A stretch of DNA of 64,000 nt from an uncultured Planctomycetales bacterium (GTDB lineage Bacteria; Omnitrophota; Gorgyraeia; Zapsychrales; Fredricksoniimonadaceae). Positions 57,002 to 64,000 of the stretch are shown piece by piece; the stretch's first letter is position 1, and every line of letters begins with the position of its first letter. The stretch lies in contig CAZASA010000002.1 of the NCBI GenBank assembly GCA_964487685.1, positions 3,611 to 67,610 on the forward strand, read 5' to 3'. The notes beneath the pieces are model-generated. The model searched no databases, was not told where the DNA came from, and worked only from the letters and a program-made list of their open reading frames with translations. A program made the position numbers and the translations under genes.

Positions 57002-60000
57002 ATGCCTTTACGCCGAATTTTAACAACTTGGGTACTGCTAAGCTTTTTATTCTCTTCTCTGGGACCCTTGCCACAAGCCCGTGCGGATGAGCCTTTGTCC
57101 CTGCCTGCTCCTGGCACCATGGTTAATTTGACCCCAGCCTATGAACCCGTGATGATTAAAGGTCTGACTGTGCATGCGGACAATCCTTTGATGTTTGATT
57201 TTATTGTGGACACCGGCAGCGATAAATTATCCGGAGGAGTATTAAAAAAGGAGGGTGAAAAACTAGCTAAATACTTCCTGGCCTGTTTAGCGATCCCTGA
57301 AAAAGACCTATGGGTCAACCTTTCGCCTTATGAAAAGAGCAGGACCATCCCTGTGATGTTAAGCCAAACAGACATGGGCCGTGATTTGCTTGCCCAGGAT
57401 TATATTCTCAAGCAATTGACCGCGTCACTGATCTATCCGGAGAAAGCATTAGGCAAAGCATTTTGGGACAGGGTCTACACAAAAGCCCGGCAGATGTATG
57501 GCACCAGCAATATCCCGGTCAATACTTTTAACAAGGTATGGATCATGGCTGACCGTGCCGAGATCTTTGAACGCAATCATACCGTCTTTGTCCTGGACCG
57601 GCATCTGAAAGTGATGTTGGAAGAAGATTATTTAGCCTTACAGAAAAATGTTCCCCATCCCCAGGCAAATACGCATTCCATATCTTCCCAGATAGTCCGG
57701 GCCATCATCCTTCCTGAGATTGAGCAGGAGGTCAATACCGGCAAGAATTTCGCCGCCTTGCGCCAGATCTTTAATGCCCTGATCCTGGCCAGCTGGTATA
57801 AAAAGAATTTAAAACAAGCTCTGCTTAATCAAGTCTATTCCGGACAAGGCAAGATCAAAGGGATCGATCTAAGCGATCCTAATGTCAAAGACAGGATCTA
57901 CGCACAGTATCTGCGTGCCTACAAAAAAGGCGTCTTTAACTATATTAAGGAAGAAACAGATAGCACAACACAGCAAACCATCCCTCACAAATATTTCTCC
58001 GGCGGGGTGACCCTGCTTGACGGCCCAGCCACCAGTCCGGCCATGATCGCTAATCCTTCAGCGCAAGCATTACACACGGCCCTGACCAGCACTGGCCAAT
58101 GGGCACGGATCAATATCGGCGCCGAGCCCAATGGAAGTAGAAGCGCCAAGAACCCGAAATCGGCCAAGTTAAATATTCAAAAGGCAAGAGATTCCAGTGC
58201 GGCGATGAGGAGTAATGAAGAGCGATCTTTAAAGCTTAATTTACCTCAAGAATTAGGGATGGTTGACCCAGAAAAACTGCCTCGTTATTTGAATATCAAA
58301 TTATTGCAGGAAGATCGAGAAGTTTATGAGAAAGCGGCCCAAGAGCTTGTATTATCTCCTAAGACCAGATGGGCTTATGAGAACCCAACAGAGGTTGAAT
58401 GGGGGACGACATTAACACCGGAAATCCTTACTGAAATTAATGCCTATCTTAGAAAGAAATTCTCTAATGCTGCTTATGAATTCCTTGCCAGTTTGCTGGA
58501 GCGTGCCATTTGGAAAAAAGCCGGTGTGGACCCTAATTCTGAAATTGGCAAGCGCCTGTCAGCCATTTATCCATCCATCAAATATCAATGGGAGGATCCG
58601 GGCAGTCCGCATCTAATAAGTATAGGAAGGGCCGCCAATGATAATATGGAAATTTCAGGTGCCTTATTAAAAGAGGAGAACCGAGATCTTTTAGGGCCGA
58701 TCATTCGTATCCTTAAAGCCGACCGTGAGATCTGCCTCGAGCGCTACCAGTATCAAGTAAATTTTGACGTGATGATCTCAGGGATAGGAGACCAGAATGA
58801 AGAAAATTATCTGCCTTATGAAGTGCTGGGTTTAAATTGGAAACTGCCCTCATGGAAGGACCAATATCCCGATGATTTTAATGAGATCAAGAGATTGCAC
58901 AATGGGGCTTTTTCATTTCACCATGAGATCAGGTTGGCATTCCCGTATTATCTTCAGGGTGCCCTGCAAGGGAAGTTAGACTTATACCCCGGGCCTCTTT
59001 CTGTCCCCCAAATAGTTGAAAAATTGTTCGCCGGGATCACGAGTAATGAAGATTCACCAGTTCAATGGAAGGTCGATCAAACAGTGGCCTTATTGACAGC
59101 TGCAAAAGCCCAAGGCATGTCAAAGGAAGCAGACGAGATCTGGCAAGCCCTTCGCCAAAAACTATCAGAATCCAGCCCGGCGATGTCGGTGGCTCAGCAA
59201 GCGGGTGAGATCAAGGCGCTTTTTCATCGATTTAATTTACCTGAATGGGAAAAAGCTTATGCTTCCCCGGAGGCAATTACAGAGGAAGATTTGATTGGGG
59301 GCCTTCAGAACGCCATCAATCATTTTGCACCGCTTAAAAAGTATTCCCAATTGGTCGATGAGCTACGTGATCACCTGGAATACTGTATTGATAATCATTC
59401 TTATTCAGGCATGATACCGCATAGTTATCCAGATCCAGCGATGTCGGTTGCTGAAATTAAAGAACGATTGAATGGGAAAACGATATTGATCGTTGACGAT
59501 CATCCCAGAGACCGGTTATATCTTCAAATAGCAATAGATGATCATAAAATTAAATTCATCTATGCAGGGGATGGACAGGAAGCCATTGATAAATTGGCGG
59601 CCGGGAAGGAAAAGGTGGATGGGATCATTTTCGATTTTCAAATGCCGGGAATGAATGGATCGTCCTTCGTCAGATCCCTTAAGGGAAATCCTGCGTACAG
59701 CCATTTACCGCTTGTTGCCTGGTCAGGTATTAAAAGTGATGAAGTAAGATTAGAATTTGAAAAATGGGGCGTTCCATTCTTTACTAAGAACGATCATCCA
59801 GCATATAAATTATTGGGAGCATTAGTTGAGCAAATGTTGCCCAACTCAAGCATGTTATCGGCAGGGGACCAGATGCCAGTAATGCCTTCCTGGCTTAAAT
59901 CGCTAAGAAGTTTTAAAATGGGGGACGATTGGGAAATATTTACCGCGGATGCCTTTAATGGATTATCGGTGGACAATAGCAAGGGTCTTTTTAAATGGCT

Positions 60001-61918
60001 AATAGAGAATAAATCTTTAAAAAGTTCAGATGGCGTATATGGAAGTTTAAACGCGAAATTTGACGTGATCCTTCAAGCGTTGAAACACAGTGCGTTTAAG
60101 AAAAACGATATGCTCATCATTTCCACGTTACAGAAGCCCCGGAGCTATCGGATGACGGTCTTTCAATTCGAAGACGGGTATACGCTTAGCGTCAAACTTG
60201 ATCCCACCAGTAATTGTAAACCGGTCAATCAATTATTCTATCTTGGCACCGATGAAAAAAGGGCCAATGCTATCATTGGCGCCTTTGTTGAGAAGATGGG
60301 ACATTCCAAGGCTTTTTATCAAAGCTATTTGCAGTCATTGACAAAGCCTGATGAGCTAAACACCGCATTAAGTGCCATTTCCGACAAGCTTGCCCAGGAT
60401 ATGAGGGCAGCTGTTAATCAAGCAATGACTACAAACGATGATAATTCTTTAAGAATTATGACTTGGTTGTTACCGGAATTAATAGAAGCCCATGAAAATA
60501 AACATTATTCGCATGCGACAATCATCACAAATCCTTTTATATACCGTGACCGTCAAATCCAAATAAAAGGAGTGTGGTATTCCTCTAAGGATCCAGTCGA
60601 GGAATCACTGGCAAGGATTGCCAAGGAATATGGACTGGAACTTGTTAATAAGCAGTTTTTGTCAGAACCTGATAGAAGAACCGTTGAATTTTCAAGTAAG
60701 TACGATCATGAGGGCTCATTTCAAGAATTGAGTGGCCGCTTGACGGAAGATATCGTCAAAATGAAAGCAGAGACACATTTAGCTGCAGAAGCAAGTCCTG
60801 CGATGACAGTGCAGGAGTTTGATACTGATTTTGGGAGCATGCAAAATTATTTAAACGTGACAAGGTTTTCGCTAAGCCTGGGACTTGCTACCAATCAGCT
60901 CATGAATATGAGGGTTTTATTATCAGGCTTAAATAAACTTTATGAAGGTATAAAGACAATGCCTGATACCAAGCAGAATGAATTAGGACCAAAGCTTGAT
61001 GTTTTAGCTTGGTCGGTCATAAATTTCTCAGCACAACATACTCCCTTTCCTGATGATGAAGAGATGACTGCGGCTGAATTTGAGACTGAATTAACGTATC
61101 TTGAGGATATGTTCAATATAATTAATGAGAGTATCAATCTAAATTTAAACCGAAACACTTTATCTCCCGAAGAAGAGAATCGTATATTTGAAAGCGTGGG
61201 TTTATTGACCCTCCAATTATCAAATTTAACTAAAAAAGCAGTGATGTCGGTCCATCTGATTACTTTAAATGTCGGGAAAATTTCGAATTTTGCCCAGAAA
61301 ATATTTGAGCTAAGCAAGTATTTTATCGTCAGACGCGTATCTTCTGAAGCTGCACGCATCATTGCTCAGGTTCTCGATAAAAATAAGGACCATTTGAGGC
61401 TCATATTTGTGCATGGTTCAAAAGACGGGGTTCAGGCAAGGGTCAGTATCTGGGGATATGATAGTGAAGATCAGGTCCCGGATTTGATACCTGAATTGCA
61501 TCAAAGATTAACAGTAGAATTATCATCCAAGGGGTACGTGTGCAAAATCGAAACTCGAACACATCCGGATAATACCACGGATATAACGATAACCCCTTAT
61601 CTTACAGCTTCAATATATGAAATTCATTCACCGAAGAAGCCGCCTATTGACCCAGCCATGCAATCTTTAGCCCCTGTATTACAAAGGCAGAATATTTTGA
61701 CAAGAAATGGCGGTATTGATCTTAATACAGCTAATATGAAAACCACAGATCTCAAAGAAGGCGCTGGGGTTGTGATGACATTTGATGCGGCCATGGCTGC
61801 CGAGATCAGGAAGGACGGCCTGCAGAGCCTGACGCCGGTCGTCTACAAGATCACCCCTATTGCTGATATCCGGTCAGTCTTTAAAAATTCTTTGGATTCT
61901 TCCGGGATTTTGCTATAA
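57002..61918 (+). CDS. Large secreted modular protein (signal peptide, N-terminal domain, xPAM-delimited modules incl. a receiver domain, C-terminal GGIDLN)
   Basis: 1638-aa ORF; signal peptide ARA-DE; REC motifs ILIVDD, DFQMPGMNG, WSG, FTK; recurrent junction motif. Confidence 0.85.
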   Translation: MPLRRILTTWVLLSFLFSSLGPLPQARADEPLSLPAPGTMVNLTPAYEPVMIKGLTVHADNPLMFDFIVDTGSDKLSGGVLKKEGEKLAKYFLACLAIPEKDLWVNLSPYEKSRTIPVMLSQTDMGRDLLAQDYILKQLTASLIYPEKALGKAFWDRVYTKARQMYGTSNIPVNTFNKVWIMADRAEIFERNHTVFVLDRHLKVMLEEDYLALQKNVPHPQANTHSISSQIVRAIILPEIEQEVNTGKNFAALRQIFNALILASWYKKNLKQALLNQVYSGQGKIKGIDLSDPNVKDRIYAQYLRAYKKGVFNYIKEETDSTTQQTIPHKYFSGGVTLLDGPATSPAMIANPSAQALHTALTSTGQWARINIGAEPNGSRSAKNPKSAKLNIQKARDSSAAMRSNEERSLKLNLPQELGMVDPEKLPRYLNIKLLQEDREVYEKAAQELVLSPKTRWAYENPTEVEWGTTLTPEILTEINAYLRKKFSNAAYEFLASLLERAIWKKAGVDPNSEIGKRLSAIYPSIKYQWEDPGSPHLISIGRAANDNMEISGALLKEENRDLLGPIIRILKADREICLERYQYQVNFDVMISGIGDQNEENYLPYEVLGLNWKLPSWKDQYPDDFNEIKRLHNGAFSFHHEIRLAFPYYLQGALQGKLDLYPGPLSVPQIVEKLFAGITSNEDSPVQWKVDQTVALLTAAKAQGMSKEADEIWQALRQKLSESSPAMSVAQQAGEIKALFHRFNLPEWEKAYASPEAITEEDLIGGLQNAINHFAPLKKYSQLVDELRDHLEYCIDNHSYSGMIPHSYPDPAMSVAEIKERLNGKTILIVDDHPRDRLYLQIAIDDHKIKFIYAGDGQEAIDKLAAGKEKVDGIIFDFQMPGMNGSSFVRSLKGNPAYSHLPLVAWSGIKSDEVRLEFEKWGVPFFTKNDHPAYKLLGALVEQMLPNSSMLSAGDQMPVMPSWLKSLRSFKMGDDWEIFTADAFNGLSVDNSKGLFKWLIENKSLKSSDGVYGSLNAKFDVILQALKHSAFKKNDMLIISTLQKPRSYRMTVFQFEDGYTLSVKLDPTSNCKPVNQLFYLGTDEKRANAIIGAFVEKMGHSKAFYQSYLQSLTKPDELNTALSAISDKLAQDMRAAVNQAMTTNDDNSLRIMTWLLPELIEAHENKHYSHATIITNPFIYRDRQIQIKGVWYSSKDPVEESLARIAKEYGLELVNKQFLSEPDRRTVEFSSKYDHEGSFQELSGRLTEDIVKMKAETHLAAEASPAMTVQEFDTDFGSMQNYLNVTRFSLSLGLATNQLMNMRVLLSGLNKLYEGIKTMPDTKQNELGPKLDVLAWSVINFSAQHTPFPDDEEMTAAEFETELTYLEDMFNIINESINLNLNRNTLSPEEENRIFESVGLLTLQLSNLTKKAVMSVHLITLNVGKISNFAQKIFELSKYFIVRRVSSEAARIIAQVLDKNKDHLRLIFVHGSKDGVQARVSIWGYDSEDQVPDLIPELHQRLTVELSSKGYVCKIETRTHPDNTTDITITPYLTASIYEIHSPKKPPIDPAMQSLAPVLQRQNILTRNGGIDLNTANMKTTDLKEGAGVVMTFDAAMAAEIRKDGLQSLTPVVYKITPIADIRSVFKNSLDSSGILL

Positions 61919-61969
61919 TTTCCCTGTTCCTTCCCCAGGAACATCTTTTAATTCCCCCTCAAAATTAAT

Positions 61970-62416
61970 ATGACTTATCATATCGATCAATCCGGCAAGG
62001 TTGAAGATACGAATAAATTGACCATCGTGGCCTATGCGAATAGTCGAATTAAAAGCGTGAAAATAGCTGGCACGGAGAAACAAAAATTATTGGCCGTTAT
62101 GAGGACTTTGGATCGCCCTAAACAAAATTATGTGTATAAAGTCTTTGCGGCATTGATTTATTTCTTATTGGCAGATGAAATAGTAGATTCAGTGGTGATT
62201 GACCGTGAGTATACAGGGCATGAAGTAACTATTAAGAATATTATAATTCAATTGTTAAATAAAAACGGAAAGAGTGTTCCAGATATTCGTTTTGGTTATG
62301 TCGGGAAGTCCAGCGGGGCACATAAAGCAGCTTTGAATGTTTTTAGAGGAGACAAGGAAGCAGATATGGTTGTGACAGCCAAGGAGATGTTGAGGTTATT
62401 GTATCGAGGGAAATAA
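61970..62416 (+). CDS. Small RNase-H-fold (DUF3800-like) protein
   Basis: N-terminal strand HIDQSG (cf. DESG), second acidic strand VVIDREY, C-terminal helix AHKAA; fold inferred from motif pattern only. Confidence 0.6.
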   Translation: MTYHIDQSGKVEDTNKLTIVAYANSRIKSVKIAGTEKQKLLAVMRTLDRPKQNYVYKVFAALIYFLLADEIVDSVVIDREYTGHEVTIKNIIIQLLNKNGKSVPDIRFGYVGKSSGAHKAALNVFRGDKEADMVVTAKEMLRLLYRGK

Positions 62417-62502
62417 AAATGGGCTGGAGATCTCCCTCCAGGGGAGATAATCCCGGGCTCAGATCGTCAGTTACGAGCGATGGTCACCAAGGCATCCAAC
62501 CT
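62417..62502 (-). ncRNA. Candidate structured ncRNA convergent with the RNase-H-fold gene
   Basis: Closing stem GGUUGGA/UCCAGCC, hairpin AUCUCCC/GGGAGAU, 3' U-tract, consensus promoter upstream on -. Confidence 0.6.
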
Positions 62503-62507
62503 GGTAA

Positions 62508-62536
62508 AATATATCCGAATAATGAAAGCATGTCAA
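62508..62536 (-). promoter_or_regulatory. Minus-strand sigma70 promoter for the candidate ncRNA
   Basis: TTGACA (62536-62531)-17 bp-TATATT (62513-62508); no minus-strand ORF follows. Confidence 0.7.
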
Positions 62537-62567
62537 TAAGAATCGATAACCCTTGGTTGGTTTTATC

Positions 62568-62891
62568 ATGTTTTATTTAACACCTCAAGAACGTAAATTC
62601 ATCTGCCTGATCATGATCGTTTTTATTGCTGGCGCGGCGGTGCAATTGATGTTGCGCCGGGACATTGCACCGGTGCGGTGGGCAAGATCTGTGCGGCAGT
62701 TCAAGGTCAATATCAATACGTCCAGGGCAGACCAATTGCAGATGCTTCCCGGGATCGGTGCCAAACTGTCAATCCGAATCCTTGATTATCGCAAGGAGAA
62801 CGGCCCTTTTAAATCACTGGAAGATCTTCAAGATGTCGATGGCATGACAGCCAAGCGCTATGCGCATATCAAGGAGCTGATAGAATTATGA
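62568..62891 (+). CDS. comEA: ComEA-family helix-hairpin-helix DNA-binding protein
   Basis: LTPQER + TM helix, VNINT...LQMLPGIG, YRKENGPF.S.EDL..V.G. Confidence 0.88.
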   Translation: MFYLTPQERKFICLIMIVFIAGAAVQLMLRRDIAPVRWARSVRQFKVNINTSRADQLQMLPGIGAKLSIRILDYRKENGPFKSLEDLQDVDGMTAKRYAHIKELIEL

Positions 62892-63928
62892 ATGGAACTC
62901 ATCGCCCCTGTTGTTGGTTGGTATTGGTTTTATCTTTAGGCATTATCATTGGGCATTTTTTGCCTTTGGCTTTACTCTTCTGGCTTTGGGCCTCTGCGCT
63001 CTTGGTATTATTATTTCTTTTTTATCCTAAAATTTGGCCGATATACTTAGCTTTATTTTTTTTGGGCGCGGCCTTGGCCCACGTCGCCCATCCGCCGGCC
63101 ATGGATATCCTGCATGATTGGCGTGAGCTCTTAAGGCGATCGCTTTATCAATACCTGGATGCCCCGGAAGCAGGGACTATATCGGCGATCGTTTTAGGGG
63201 ACAGGGGCCAAATTCCCAAAGAGATCAATATGGCCTTCAGGCATACCGGCACAGGGCATATTTTAGTGATCGCTGGTATCCATATGGCCATGATGACGGC
63301 AATGGTCGTCTTTATTTTAAAAGTGATCAGGGTACCGCGTCCCTGGCAAGCGGGTTTAAGTATCCTGATCATAATTCTTTATGCGATGTTGACCGGTGGT
63401 TCAGTACCGGTTCTGCGCGCGGCATTCATGGCATCGATCCTTTTGGCCTCTTATAGCATTGAACATGAAAGCGATGCATTGAATTCGTTAGCTTTTGCCG
63501 GCCTTGTTTTATTGCTTATGGACGCAAGCAATCTATTCAATACAAGCTTTCAGCTTTCTTTTGCCGCAGTTGCGGCCATCATTATTTTGTATACTCCTTT
63601 AGAGAAACGACTATCATTTTGTCCCAAATGGCTATCTTGCGCTTTATCAGTTTCAACAGCGGCATGGCTCGGGATCACGCCATTTCAAATTTGGCATTTT
63701 GGCACCATCGCTCCCATTGCATTGGTTGCTAATCTGTTTATTGTTCCATTATTGGATCTGACCGTTGCTTTAGGTTTAGTTTTAGCCCTAGCCGGACTTT
63801 GGGCCGCGCCATTGGCGTGGGGCATTGCAGGTTGCCTGAAAGTAGTTTTTAATTTAATGGTCATTCTGGCTTTTTGGTTTGCCCAGGTCCCTTTTGGGTA
63901 CATCCAATTGATCAAGAATCCCAGCTAA
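62888..63928 (+). CDS. comEC: ComEC/Rec2 competence membrane domain protein (short form)
   Basis: AIVLGD, F..TG.GHILVIAGIH, VLRA, SFQLSFAAV, ANL. Confidence 0.85.
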   Translation: MNGTHRPCCWLVLVLSLGIIIGHFLPLALLFWLWASALLVLLFLFYPKIWPIYLALFFLGAALAHVAHPPAMDILHDWRELLRRSLYQYLDAPEAGTISAIVLGDRGQIPKEINMAFRHTGTGHILVIAGIHMAMMTAMVVFILKVIRVPRPWQAGLSILIIILYAMLTGGSVPVLRAAFMASILLASYSIEHESDALNSLAFAGLVLLLMDASNLFNTSFQLSFAAVAAIIILYTPLEKRLSFCPKWLSCALSVSTAAWLGITPFQIWHFGTIAPIALVANLFIVPLLDLTVALGLVLALAGLWAAPLAWGIAGCLKVVFNLMVILAFWFAQVPFGYIQLIKNPS

Positions 63929-64000
63929 TTGATTTTCTTTTTCTCGAGGTATGATAAAATTATCCATTGATTGAATTCTAAAAAAAGGGAGAACATATGA

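Noticed and set aside
62417-62502. tRNA gene on the minus strand
   Set aside because: An acceptor-like stem is present but there is no TTCRA T-loop, D-loop or clear anticodon arm; kept as a candidate ncRNA
63997-64000. Start of the next gene (ATG after AAGGGAG)
   Set aside because: Truncated by the window edge; product cannot be called

Overview
Bacterial chromosome segment, probably Omnitrophota/PVC-related (inferred from gene content and the architecture of the 1638-aa protein; not provable here). The backbone is housekeeping: purL/Q/M/D/H, tsaC-phosphatase fusion, rpiB, glyA, nrdR, tRNA nucleotidyltransferase, era, nth, rpsU, folC, mnmE, mnmG, cysK, thiSGHF, leuS, endoQ, uvrD-like, comEA/EC. 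A LacI-associated beta-glucan locus (2x PilZ, GH94 phosphorylase, MFS, ABC, clan GH-A hydrolase, repeat proteins) spans ~29-44.8 kb. Four unexplained features stand out. (1) A 1638-aa secreted protein whose middle is a string of domains separated by a recurrent (S/D/N)-P/Q/A-A-M junction, suggesting a polyprotein or cassette array. (2) A small RNase-H-fold (DUF3800-like) gene facing a convergent, promoter-driven, structured ~85-nt RNA. (3) A GIY-YIG nuclease in a cluster of GTCATTCCCGCGAAAGCGGGAATCC palindromes that also bracket an AT-rich cargo gene and invade purL in frame, plus a Y1/RAYT transposase with its own inverted repeats. (4) A two-copy ~147-nt element with compensatory base changes, and a 30-nt mini-element nested inside two other repeat families. 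No rRNA, canonical tRNA or CRISPR array was recognised.
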